A DNA stretch of 64,000 bases from Gammaproteobacteria bacterium (lineage in GTDB: Bacteria > Pseudomonadota > Gammaproteobacteria > GCA-2400775), in the NCBI GenBank assembly GCA_015492075.1, contig WGFU01000032.1:4359-68358 (forward strand), given 5' to 3'. The notes under the pieces are model-generated. The model searched no databases. It had not been told where the DNA came from and saw nothing but the letters and a program-made list of their open reading frames with translations. Position numbers and translations under genes: made by a program. Shown in pieces: positions 19,283 to 28,086 of this stretch (its first letter is position 1; each line of letters opens with the position of its first letter).

Positions 19283-20595
19283 TGGAAATTTGGGCCTTGG
19301 TGATGTTCGCCGTTGCCGTGCTGTTGTTTATGCTCGGTTACCCAGTGGCTTTTACCTTGGGGGCGGTATCGATGCTGTTCGGTACGGTTTTCTTGGGGCT
19401 GGACTTTTTTAACCTTCTTCCCCTGCGTATCTGGGGCATCATGACTAATTTCACCTTGCTCGCAGTACCCTTGTTTGTATTTATGGGAATACTGCTTGAG
19501 AAGAGCGGTATCGCCGAAGAATTATTGGAGACTATGGCCACCTTATTTGGTGGCCTGCGAGGCGGGATGGCGATAGCGATTATTATCGTCGGTACCCTTT
19601 TGGCGGCGACAACAGGAGTGGTGGGCGCAACGGTAGTGACCATGACAGTGATTGCCTTGCCAGCGTTAATTAAAAATGGTTATCAGCCCGAACTGGCGAG
19701 TGGCACCATTGCCTCAGCTGGGACGCTAGGGCAAATTATTCCACCCAGCATTGTTTTGATATTACTTGGCGACGTCATTGGCGTGCCAGTCGGCCAGTTA
19801 TTCATGAGTGCTGTGGTGCCGGGTTTGATGCTGGTATTACTGTTTATTCTCTACATTGTTTTTCTCAGTCGTTGGCGACCTGCCGAGTTACCCTGTCGTC
19901 CGGCGCAGGGGCAAGATGCGTCCATTTTACGTGCTTTACAGAGCATGTTGCCGCCTTTGTTATTAGTCATTGCCGTTTTAGGGTCGATATTTGTTGGTAT
20001 TGCAACGCCTACTGAATCAGCTGCCTTGGGCGTCGTAGGCGCATTGGCTTTGGCGCTATTCAATCGTCGGTTAGATATGGATATGATTCGACATGCCTCG
20101 CGCCATACTACACGGCTGACTAGCATGGTGTTTATGATCCTTATAGGTGCCAGCGCATTCGGTTTGGTGTTTAGGGGTATGGGTGGTGATTACTTGGTCG
20201 AGAATGTGCTGACGCAACTGCCTGGCGGGGCAAATACCTTTATTGCGCTCAGCATGTTAATGATATTTGTTTTGGGCTTTTTTCTCGATTTCCTTGAAAT
20301 TTGTTTTATCCTGGTGCCAATCCTTGCGCCCATAGCAGAATTATTAGGTATCAATATGCTTTGGTATGGTATTTTGATTGCGATGAATTTGCAGACTTCT
20401 TTTCTTACCCCACCCTTTGGTTTTTCGCTGTTCTATTTAAAGGCGGCTGCGACCGTTCCATTACGCATCGCTCAGATTTATCGTGGTGTGATGCCGTTTG
20501 TTATTTTGCAGATTATTACGCTGGCTCTATTGTTTATTTTCCCCGATTTGGTCTTGTGGTTACCTGAGTTAATGGATCGCGTGCAGGCACCTTGA
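19282..20595 (+). CDS. TRAP transporter large permease (DctM-like)
   Basis: 437 aa polytopic membrane protein with a DctM-family pattern; its start overlaps the dctQ stop. Confidence 0.9.
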   Translation: MEIWALVMFAVAVLLFMLGYPVAFTLGAVSMLFGTVFLGLDFFNLLPLRIWGIMTNFTLLAVPLFVFMGILLEKSGIAEELLETMATLFGGLRGGMAIAIIIVGTLLAATTGVVGATVVTMTVIALPALIKNGYQPELASGTIASAGTLGQIIPPSIVLILLGDVIGVPVGQLFMSAVVPGLMLVLLFILYIVFLSRWRPAELPCRPAQGQDASILRALQSMLPPLLLVIAVLGSIFVGIATPTESAALGVVGALALALFNRRLDMDMIRHASRHTTRLTSMVFMILIGASAFGLVFRGMGGDYLVENVLTQLPGGANTFIALSMLMIFVLGFFLDFLEICFILVPILAPIAELLGINMLWYGILIAMNLQTSFLTPPFGFSLFYLKAAATVPLRIAQIYRGVMPFVILQIITLALLFIFPDLVLWLPELMDRVQAP

Positions 20596-20598
20596 AAG

Positions 20599-20907
20599 AT
20601 GAAAAAACTGATGACGGCAACAGATCGGATCGAGCTTGGGTTTTTTAAGGGTGTGCTTGAAGCGGAAGGCATAGCCTGTATGATCAAAAACGAATTACTC
20701 GGTGGCGCATTGGGGGAATTGCCAGTGAACGAAACCTGGCCTGAGGTCTGGGTCGCTGACCAAGATTTGGAACGTGCTCAGCAGCATTTGAAAGCTATGC
20801 AGCCAAGCAAGGAAGCAAAGCCATGGTGTTGTCATCGCTGTAATGAATTAATTGATGCCGAGTTTGCGCTCTGCTGGCGTTGTGCCGGTAGCCCCGAATC
20901 TGCTTAG
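20599..20907 (+). CDS. DUF2007-like small protein with a C-terminal zinc ribbon
   Basis: N-terminus has the RIELGFFKGVLEAEGIACMIKNE pattern. C-terminus has CCHRC..x12..CWRC. Confidence 0.6.
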   Translation: MKKLMTATDRIELGFFKGVLEAEGIACMIKNELLGGALGELPVNETWPEVWVADQDLERAQQHLKAMQPSKEAKPWCCHRCNELIDAEFALCWRCAGSPESA

Positions 20908-22289
20908 ACAGCGAGTTGATAGGCCATGACTCTGAGGCCTTCATCATGATCCATCAAGGTTTGTAATGCGGCGGTCAGTTGGTATTCAGTGATATCCAAA
21001 TAACTCAGCACCGTCGTTGGCAACTCCGTCGTTTCCGCGTCACCCATATCGTGACGCTTTAACATGCGATCCGCTAGTAATACCATGCCTGAATATACCG
21101 AATGGGGGCCCTGATAATCTTCATTGTGGTGCTGTTCGATAGCAACGATCACTTCTTCCGGTATGCGCCAGGTTTTCATCAGCCAGGAACCGATATCACC
21201 ATGATGCGCACCCAGGGTGCTTAGCTCAACTTCCTGGATAGGCGTATCCGGATTTTGTGCCATCATTTTACCTAAGATCAAGTATTCATCTTTGAATAAG
21301 TGCCCCAGCAGGAGGTGCCCGAAATTATGCAGCAAGCCAGCCAGATAAGCCAACCCGGAGGGGGGGCGAATTACTGCGGGTAGGATATTGCTGATGGCCT
21401 GACATAAGGCGGCGCTGTAAACTGCATGGCGCCAAAACCCATCAACAGTCGTTGCGCCACCTTTAGGCAGGCGAAACGGTCTGGCGGTGGCGATACCTAA
21501 AGCCAGACTCATGACCATGTCGTAACCGAGGACGCGTGTAATGGCAGTGTTAACTGAATCGACTTTGCCGCGATAACCAAAAAAAGGTGACGAAGCATAG
21601 CGCATGACTTGTGCTGCTAAACTGGGGTCAAGCTCGACTGCATCGGATAGCTCTTTTATGGCTGGCGTTGGCTTGGCTCGTAACTGGAAAATTTTCTGTG
21701 CCATGGCGGGCATGGCGGGAAGTTTTTTGGTGTGATCGATTTTGGCTTTGAGATCGAGCAGAGGCGAATTCGGATCCGGTGGGTTGAGCAAACGCTCTTC
21801 AATAAATGGCGCCACATCGGGTTCCACTGATAGGCGCTTGGCAAACTCATACTTGCGAAACAGTAGGCGAAAGCCTTTTTTGTCGATTTGAATAAGATGG
21901 CGGCGATCACCGGCAAGCATATAGCATTGGTCGAGTATGGCAAGCTGCGTTTCGAGGATACAGCGGATACCGTAAGCGGCACCCAGTGGTGGCAAAAAGC
22001 GCGGCACACAATCAGTGCAGAGCTGGCTGATTGATTGGTCGTCCAGGTATTTGAATGGGCGGCGCAGCAACTGCTGAACGCCGCGCAAATTCAATTCACG
22101 ATCAGCTGGAATGACAATCATGAGCTGGCCACTGCTGTCGCCGACGATACAAGTTTGCAATACTTGGCCAGGCGGGATCCCGGCACGAGCGGCAGCGTCA
22201 GCGACATTGGTAAAAGGTGTGACCTCCAATACGCGATAAGGCACCTTTTGATCGTCGAGGTGGCGAATGACGGTGTTGGCAACAGGCAT
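20904..22289 (-). CDS. YbaK/aminoacyl-tRNA-deacylase-like domain fused to an HDOD signalling domain
   Basis: The N-terminal roughly 150 aa resemble a YbaK/EbsC fold (GQLMIVIPADRELNLRGVQQLL; LPPLGAAYGI). The C-terminal part is HDOD (LPAMPAMAQKIFQL..VELDPSLAAQVMRYASSPFFG..HH..GS). Confidence 0.75.
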   Translation of the reverse strand: MPVANTVIRHLDDQKVPYRVLEVTPFTNVADAAARAGIPPGQVLQTCIVGDSSGQLMIVIPADRELNLRGVQQLLRRPFKYLDDQSISQLCTDCVPRFLPPLGAAYGIRCILETQLAILDQCYMLAGDRRHLIQIDKKGFRLLFRKYEFAKRLSVEPDVAPFIEERLLNPPDPNSPLLDLKAKIDHTKKLPAMPAMAQKIFQLRAKPTPAIKELSDAVELDPSLAAQVMRYASSPFFGYRGKVDSVNTAITRVLGYDMVMSLALGIATARPFRLPKGGATTVDGFWRHAVYSAALCQAISNILPAVIRPPSGLAYLAGLLHNFGHLLLGHLFKDEYLILGKMMAQNPDTPIQEVELSTLGAHHGDIGSWLMKTWRIPEEVIVAIEQHHNEDYQGPHSVYSGMVLLADRMLKRHDMGDAETTELPTTVLSYLDITEYQLTAALQTLMDHDEGLRVMAYQLAV

Positions 22290-22411
22290 GAACTGATAAT
22301 GCTCCGAAAAAATCGACTAATATTGAATTTATCGACATTTTGCCGCGTTAGATGAATGTGTCAGCGCAAACTGAGAATTGGATCACAAGCATGGTTGTCA
22401 TGAGCTCGAGA

Positions 22412-22446
22412 CAAAAAAAGGGTTCCGGTTTAAACCGGAACCCTTT
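22412..22446 (-). terminator. Rho-independent terminator after the peroxidase gene
   Basis: GGGTTCCGGTT-taa-AACCGGAACCC, followed on the minus strand by a run of 7 U. Confidence 0.8.
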
Positions 22447-22472
22447 GTAAAGCTGACTAAAATCGGCAGATC

Positions 22473-24203
22473 TTAATTTACAGTGATTTTCTCGTCGCCG
22501 ACGACAAAGGCATTTTTGCCGATTTCACGACGTTTGATGTCGGTGTTGCGGGTGATGATCTTCGACAGTGTCGTTTTGCGAATCATCTTCCGATACTTTT
22601 TGTTTTCAGGACCCTTGAACTGGTTTCTCCAGTAAAAACGGTCACCATCGCGCAAGGCTTCAAATTGCAGTTTGAACAAGGCCTGTTGGGTTTCGCCTAC
22701 CAGGGCACCTGGAACGATGTCTTCAGACAGCATGCCGGTGAAGGCATCGACATTATTGATGTTGCCGCGGCCATAGGTGTTTCTTAGGGCCTTCCTGATA
22801 CGCCTGTCAGAAGTCATATTCTTATAGTTCCGGTACCGTTTCAGCCCCAAAGCTTCACGTATATCGTTAAGTGTACCCAAACCATGATCACGACCACGTT
22901 GAATGTTCAGAGTTGCCAAGTCCATACCGGCTTCAAGATTACCGAAGAGCATGTTGCGGACATCGTCAATGATGAAAGGATCAACGTTCTGGCTGACCTG
23001 GTTGGCGAGGCCTCGCAAGATAGGATCGATGCCGCCCTGTTGGGTAATGGTAGCGATGTTAAAAAATCCAGCAAACAGGTTTAAATGGCCTTCTGCAATT
23101 TCGTTACCGTCTTTGTCAATACGCAGGATCTGCGGGCTCAACATGGTATGACCGACGCGAAAAGCCGCATGTGAGAACTCATTGAGAATGCTGGCATCGA
23201 TGGCAGGATTGTAGCCTCGGTACTGACTAAGAGTGCCTTTACCGATTAATAATGGCAGAAACTCTTTATAAACAATACGCTGCGTCATACCGCTGACCAA
23301 GGCACGTGCCTTTTGATAAATATCCTCATCGCTCCAGTTTGGATTCTCGGTGGCGAGGATTTCAGCCAAGCGGTTATGTTCACGCACAAACAAGGTGTGA
23401 ATAGAGGCAAGAGCGGGCTGTTCATTGGCGCGGATGTCGCCAGCTAAAAACAGCTCGGTAGGTTCTATTGTCGAGTTGGCATTGGGCAGACTGTTTTCAT
23501 TGAAAGGAAGCAGGTTGCCAGCGCTGGTTTTTAATTTTCCGCTGCCGTCGAGTGTGCGTAAGGCGGCTGCCCGGTCTTCATCAGAGCCATAAACAAAGGA
23601 AGCGTCAATCCAACCAGTGATTTCATTTTCCTGCTGGCGCGGATTGTCAGTGCCGGTACCAGTTGAACTGTCAAACAAGGCGCGCTGTAAAGGTAATACT
23701 GTACCGTCGGCAAAGAAGGAGTCTCCAGCTGGGACGACAATGTTTTCAGCCGCATTGGAAGCGATACCCTCGGTAAGACCGATATCGTGATCCAGTAACT
23801 GGGCAAATTGCCAAATCAAGTCGCTGGCATTGCCAACACTGGGCAAACGCCTATCACCCTGTGCATGAATGTTTTCGCTAATGGTGCGCGGATTTGGACG
23901 ACCACTAGGCAGTGCAGAGACGCCATCATCATACGTGACTTCAGTAATACGGCGTAGTTTGGCAAACGAGGCGTTCATACCAGGGTTGGCCAGGTTATTA
24001 CCGGAACCGTCGTATGAGCGGTACTCAGCATCAACATCATAATGATGTGAGTAGTGGTCTGCATTGAGATCAGTATTGACCCCACGAATGGAGCCAGTGC
24101 CCGCCGGAATAGGAGTCACTCCGGCATCCGCCGCATGGGCAACACCGATGGGAGCAGCCAGTACGAGGGCAAGCTGTGTAGCGATAATCGATTTGCGTAG
24201 CAT
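22473..24203 (-). CDS. Secreted animal-type heme peroxidase (peroxidase-cyclooxygenase superfamily)
   Basis: 576 aa with a signal peptide ending VAHA. It has the distal QLLDHD, FLAGDIRANEQ..HTLFVREHNRLA, the proximal AAFRVGHTML, and QRGRDHGL. Confidence 0.85.
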   Translation of the reverse strand: MLRKSIIATQLALVLAAPIGVAHAADAGVTPIPAGTGSIRGVNTDLNADHYSHHYDVDAEYRSYDGSGNNLANPGMNASFAKLRRITEVTYDDGVSALPSGRPNPRTISENIHAQGDRRLPSVGNASDLIWQFAQLLDHDIGLTEGIASNAAENIVVPAGDSFFADGTVLPLQRALFDSSTGTGTDNPRQQENEITGWIDASFVYGSDEDRAAALRTLDGSGKLKTSAGNLLPFNENSLPNANSTIEPTELFLAGDIRANEQPALASIHTLFVREHNRLAEILATENPNWSDEDIYQKARALVSGMTQRIVYKEFLPLLIGKGTLSQYRGYNPAIDASILNEFSHAAFRVGHTMLSPQILRIDKDGNEIAEGHLNLFAGFFNIATITQQGGIDPILRGLANQVSQNVDPFIIDDVRNMLFGNLEAGMDLATLNIQRGRDHGLGTLNDIREALGLKRYRNYKNMTSDRRIRKALRNTYGRGNINNVDAFTGMLSEDIVPGALVGETQQALFKLQFEALRDGDRFYWRNQFKGPENKKYRKMIRKTTLSKIITRNTDIKRREIGKNAFVVGDEKITVN

Positions 24204-24445
24204 AGTCGTTTCCTTCCATTGTTGATGTATCTACATGTGATACAAAAAATATATTTCTGTTATAAATTAACTGCGCCCAAGCGAAGCCTTGATGCTGACT
24301 TCTATCAAGGCATGAGCGATGTGAAGAGCCGCTCAGTGTCCACGTAAGTTGCAAGCGATATTTTTGTCACGTGAATAGTTCATCACGAGTTTTATACTTT
24401 TGTTATAAATGGCCGTTGGATGATAGCGGCCTCATATTTTCAAAC

Positions 24446-24461
24446 TGTGATATAAGTCACA
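24446..24461. promoter_or_regulatory. CRP/Vfr-type site TGTGA-tataag-TCACA
   Basis: Perfect half-sites with N6 spacing and consensus-like flanks (AACTGTGATATAAGTCACATTT). A TATCAT hexamer (fw 24420-24425, minus sense) sits where a -10 would lie for a site centred at -41.5. Confidence 0.6.
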
Positions 24462-24585
24462 TTTTTAGTAAGATCCAGCCAGCCACCGTCATAAATATCC
24501 AACTATTAAAGCGAGATACAAAAAAATGAACCCCATTTTTTTGTGCCCAAAAAGTTAAACTTTCGTTATACTTTTCTATTGGGTG

Positions 24586-24640
24586 AAAAAAACCAAACTT
24601 CGGTCGATGTAACAGTCCTGTTGCATCGACCGAAGTTTGG
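24586..24640 (-). terminator. Rho-independent terminator after the DUF3135 gene
   Basis: A 17-bp stem, CCAAACTTCGGTCGATG / CATCGACCGAAGTTTGG, followed on the minus strand by U7. Confidence 0.85.
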
Positions 24641-24648
24641 CGTGAAAC

Positions 24649-24999
24649 CTAGCTCGAGCGCTTAAATTCCAGTATTTCTGCCGTCTTCTGGCGAACTTCC
24701 TGGGTTTCGCAGGTTTCAATCAATAGCTCAAGGCCATAAAGTAAACCGCGCTCGCCATAGACCGAATCCCACATCATATTATGGACACGCAGGCACGATT
24801 CCATTGGGCTGCTGCTGCGTTCACGCTCTTTATCAATACGCCATTGCAGTTTGCCCATACGCTCGCGAGATTTGTCGCTGAGGTCAGCCATGAAGCGATC
24901 AATTTCTTGCTGGCGTTTCGCCTCAAACGCTTCAGGGTTTTCTTCGAATAGATGCATCCAAGTATCGAAGTCGAAGCGATCGGTTGTGTTGCTGCTCAT
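24649..24999 (-). CDS. DUF3135-like protein
   Basis: Begins MSSNTTDRFDFDTWMHLFEENPEAFEAKRQQEIDRF. ATG 24999 has an AGGA Shine-Dalgarno sequence. The longer ORF-track start at 25059 was rejected. Confidence 0.65.
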   Translation of the reverse strand: MSSNTTDRFDFDTWMHLFEENPEAFEAKRQQEIDRFMADLSDKSRERMGKLQWRIDKERERSSSPMESCLRVHNMMWDSVYGERGLLYGLELLIETCETQEVRQKTAEILEFKRSS

Positions 25000-25202
25000 G
25001 AAACTATCCTCTGCAAAATACGATTTCCCCTGAATAGAGCAATAACAAGGCCAACCCACTATCTATTTGAATTTAAAGGATATTTTTTATTTATGAGGGC
25101 GGAGGCTTGATAATTTGTAAAGTAAACCGACAGTAGACAAATCCAATTCTCGGGCTAAAATCAAGGCCTAGCAAAGCAACATATTAAGGGTGTTAGTGCC
25201 GT

Positions 25203-25703
25203 ATGCATGCAGAGATGGAAGTGATTACCGAGGCACCAAGAAGCCGCCGCCAGAGTGGTGATCGCCGGTCGCAGCACTCAATATTTTATTTTAACAGCAA
25301 AATGCTTTGCGGGCGCCGCCGCGCTCCGCGGCGTGTGATGGAACGTTATTATCGCGGCAGAGCAGGTTATTTTATTGATGTTTACCGTCAAGAAATCGGT
25401 TTGCTGAGTGTATTGCTTTTGTTGCTAAGCTGCGCCGATGCCTTTATGACTTTACAGTTGTTACAGCTCGGCGCGGTAGAGATAAATCCGGTGATGGATC
25501 GCCTGATACAAGAGAACGTGCAAAATTTTGTCAGCTTTAAGATAGCCTTGACCGCTTTGTCCGTGCTGATTCTTGTGCGTTACTCAAATTTTCGCATCAT
25601 AGGTGGTATTAAGGTGGTGAATATTATGCGAGCCGCCTGCGTTGGTTACAGCCTATTATTTGCTTATGAATTAGTGCTGTTTAACGCACTACTGCCAGGT
25701 TAA
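25203..25703 (+). CDS. DUF5658-like membrane protein with an Arg-rich N-terminal tail
   Basis: TM core CADAFMTLQLLQLGAVEINPVMD. The N-terminal roughly 60 aa are very basic (RSRRQSGDRRS, GRRRAPRR). Confidence 0.5.
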   Translation: MHAEMEVITEAPRSRRQSGDRRSQHSIFYFNSKMLCGRRRAPRRVMERYYRGRAGYFIDVYRQEIGLLSVLLLLLSCADAFMTLQLLQLGAVEINPVMDRLIQENVQNFVSFKIALTALSVLILVRYSNFRIIGGIKVVNIMRAACVGYSLLFAYELVLFNALLPG

Positions 25704-26257
25704 AGCTTATGTGCCCCAGCGCGCTGCAAGCTCTCAATAACAGCGCCGTTGTTTTCTCTGACGGCGATCATCCATACCGTCCAGCCGCTGCTGTTTTTAA
25801 TCGAGACATCGGCCCCTGCAGCGAGTAAAACATCAACAATTTCCGCCTCGTTTTTCAGCGTTGCCCATTGCAGTGCAGTCCATAGATCCTTGTTCGTGGC
25901 ATTGACATCGGCGCCTGAGTCGAGCAGAAATTCGACCATCGGCTTATGTCCTTTTTCTACTGCGCGCATCAATGCTGTCCAGCTCGTATCATCTTTGGCA
26001 TTGACGTCAGCGCCATTGGCCAGCAACAGTTTACCCAGTTCAACATTGCCCAGGCGTGCCGCATGCATCAATGCTGTCCAGCCGTATTTATTGCGTTCAT
26101 CGACCGGTGTGCCTTGTTCCAGTAAGGTTATTACCGCCTCGCGGTCACCGTCGAGCACACTGTTCATTAATGGCGCATTCCCGTCGCAGCCAGTGACAAG
26201 GGCGCTGTATAATAAAATGGCAGCGAGCCGGTTTTTTGCTAGTGTAGGTATCATCAT
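25700..26257 (-). CDS. Ankyrin-repeat lipoprotein
   Basis: Lipobox LVTGC followed by 4-5 ANK repeats (GWTALMHAARLGNVELGKLLLANGADVNAKD and others). Confidence 0.9.
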   Translation of the reverse strand: MMIPTLAKNRLAAILLYSALVTGCDGNAPLMNSVLDGDREAVITLLEQGTPVDERNKYGWTALMHAARLGNVELGKLLLANGADVNAKDDTSWTALMRAVEKGHKPMVEFLLDSGADVNATNKDLWTALQWATLKNEAEIVDVLLAAGADVSIKNSSGWTVWMIAVRENNGAVIESLQRAGAHKL

Positions 26258-26352
26258 GGAGCTATTTTAGCAATGACTCAGGGTGATTGGCATGACTTTA
26301 TTGATACGGTTACCATGGTGCTAATGAAATATGATGTATTTGGGGTTTAAGC

Positions 26353-26646
26353 GTGGTTAATTTTACCTGTCCTGCCTGTAACAAAGACTGTATCCCTTTG
26401 AAAGATAAATATGCCATGGGTTACTGGATGACGCGGCGCTGTGCTGGATGCAACAGTCTGATAGCGAATCATGCCATCCTTTTGGGCGTGTTAACCTTTG
26501 CCTATCTATGGAATCTACTGTTTTTCATTGGTTTGGCGCAGTTTAATCAGAGCTGGCACTATTTTGGTTATATGTTGGTGATTTGGTTTGTGCTTGATCT
26601 GATCAATATAAAATACGTGCCGTTAATGATTATTCATCGCCAGTAG
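26353..26646 (+). CDS. Small membrane protein with an N-terminal zinc ribbon
   Basis: CPAC..x22..CAGC followed by two TM helices. It uses a GTG start and lies 8 nt upstream of the kinase gene. Confidence 0.45.
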   Translation: MVNFTCPACNKDCIPLKDKYAMGYWMTRRCAGCNSLIANHAILLGVLTFAYLWNLLFFIGLAQFNQSWHYFGYMLVIWFVLDLINIKYVPLMIIHRQ

Positions 26647-26654
26647 CGGTCATT

Positions 26655-27557
26655 GTGGCCCGTATTCTTGGCGTAGGCAATGCCACTTTGGATATCATCA
26701 ACACAGTTGATCGCTATCCCGCTGAAGACAGTGAGCAGCGCGCTACGTCACAACGTATTTGTCGCGGCGGTAATTGCGCCAACACCTTAGTGGTATTAAG
26801 TCAGCTGGGTCATGATTGTAGCTGGGCGGGTGTTTTGGCCGATGAGCCGGATGCCAAGCGTATCTGCGCCGACTTTGATCGCTACCGGGTCGATTGGTCG
26901 TCAGCCTATCAGCTTACTACGGGCAAGGTGCCTACCTCCTACATACTCAGTAACGAACGTAATGGGTCGCGCACCATTGTCCATGTACGTGATTTGCCTG
27001 AATACCCCGCCACACGTTTTTGCGAATTAGCGTTGAATGACTATAACTGGCTGCATTTTGAAGGGCGTAACGTTAGCGAGCTTAAGCAGATGCTGGATTA
27101 TGTGGACACCATGCACCCCGAAATCCCGGTATCGCTGGAGATAGAAAAGCAACGGCATGACATAGAACAATTATTTGATTACCCAGATGTACTCATTTTT
27201 TCACGTGTCTTTGTCGAGCAAAGTGGTTACCACGAACCGACACCGTTCCTTGCTGAAATGCGCAAGCTCTATCAAGCCAAGCACCTTGTTTGTGCTTGGG
27301 GTGATCAAGGTGCTTATGCTATCGATGAGGAAGGGACGAGCATTTATTCACCGGCACACCCCGTTTCACCTGTGGTGGAAACCCTGGGTGCTGGCGATAC
27401 CTTTAATGCGGCTCTCATTAATGCTTTCATACAACAGGAGCCGTTGGATGCTGCGCTTTATCAGGCCTGTGAATTGGCCGCCTATAAGTGCGGTATCACG
27501 GGCCTCACCCTCCCGCAACAGGCAGCATTGAAACCGGGTCATGAGAGACCAGGTTAA
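26655..27557 (+). CDS. Ketohexokinase-like PfkB-family sugar kinase
   Basis: Collinear by eye with animal KHK along the whole length, from my recollection of the KHK sequence: ILGVGNATLDIINTVDRYPAEDSEQR, WLHFEGRNVSELKQML, VCAWGDQGA, VVETLGAGDTFNAALI. Confidence 0.8.
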   Translation: MARILGVGNATLDIINTVDRYPAEDSEQRATSQRICRGGNCANTLVVLSQLGHDCSWAGVLADEPDAKRICADFDRYRVDWSSAYQLTTGKVPTSYILSNERNGSRTIVHVRDLPEYPATRFCELALNDYNWLHFEGRNVSELKQMLDYVDTMHPEIPVSLEIEKQRHDIEQLFDYPDVLIFSRVFVEQSGYHEPTPFLAEMRKLYQAKHLVCAWGDQGAYAIDEEGTSIYSPAHPVSPVVETLGAGDTFNAALINAFIQQEPLDAALYQACELAAYKCGITGLTLPQQAALKPGHERPG

Positions 27558-27560
27558 GGC

Positions 27561-27917
27561 GTGATTTGTATCTACGATAAAAAAGGTTTTCAGCCATTAA
27601 TTACCGTGGCGGGTGACCGACTCGTTGGTGCCGACCTCAGTGGTCAGCAGCTCAATGAGGCCAACTTGGTTGAGCATGATTTAAGCGAAGCAAACTTACA
27701 AAATACCAGCTTTGTTCAGGCAGATTTTCGCATTGCCAAATTAGTCAATACTGATTTTCGTAATGCTGATCTCACCGGTGTGGATTTCAGCCACGCGATA
27801 CTGGACGGCGCCCAATTACAAGGGGCGATACTTGTGGGCACCAAGTTTTTCTATGTTGATCTGACGCGGTTAAACCTGGATAAGGTCGATATGAGTCAGG
27901 CACAAGTGTTGATTTAG
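27561..27917 (+). CDS. Pentapeptide-repeat protein
   Basis: Tandem A(D/N)LXX pentapeptides (ANLVEHDLSEANLQNTSFVQADFRIAKLVNTDFRNADLTGVDF..). Confidence 0.85.
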   Translation: MICIYDKKGFQPLITVAGDRLVGADLSGQQLNEANLVEHDLSEANLQNTSFVQADFRIAKLVNTDFRNADLTGVDFSHAILDGAQLQGAILVGTKFFYVDLTRLNLDKVDMSQAQVLI

Positions 27918-27981
27918 CGCGATTTGCAAGCAGGTGTTTGCGGAGGTGGAAGGTGGCGCTAACAATTGAGGACAGCCGAAT

Positions 27982-28014
27982 AAAAACCCGCTGCATACAA
28001 AAGTATGCAGCGGG
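27982..28014 (-). terminator. Rho-independent terminator after the porin gene
   Basis: CCCGCTGCATA-caaaag-TATGCAGCGGG, followed on the minus strand by U5. Confidence 0.7.
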
Positions 28015-28086
28015 TGGCGGTTTAAACAGGGGCTGCTAAAGCGCGGTAAACTGCGCGGCGTCTGCACTCGGCACCGCTCTCATCCG

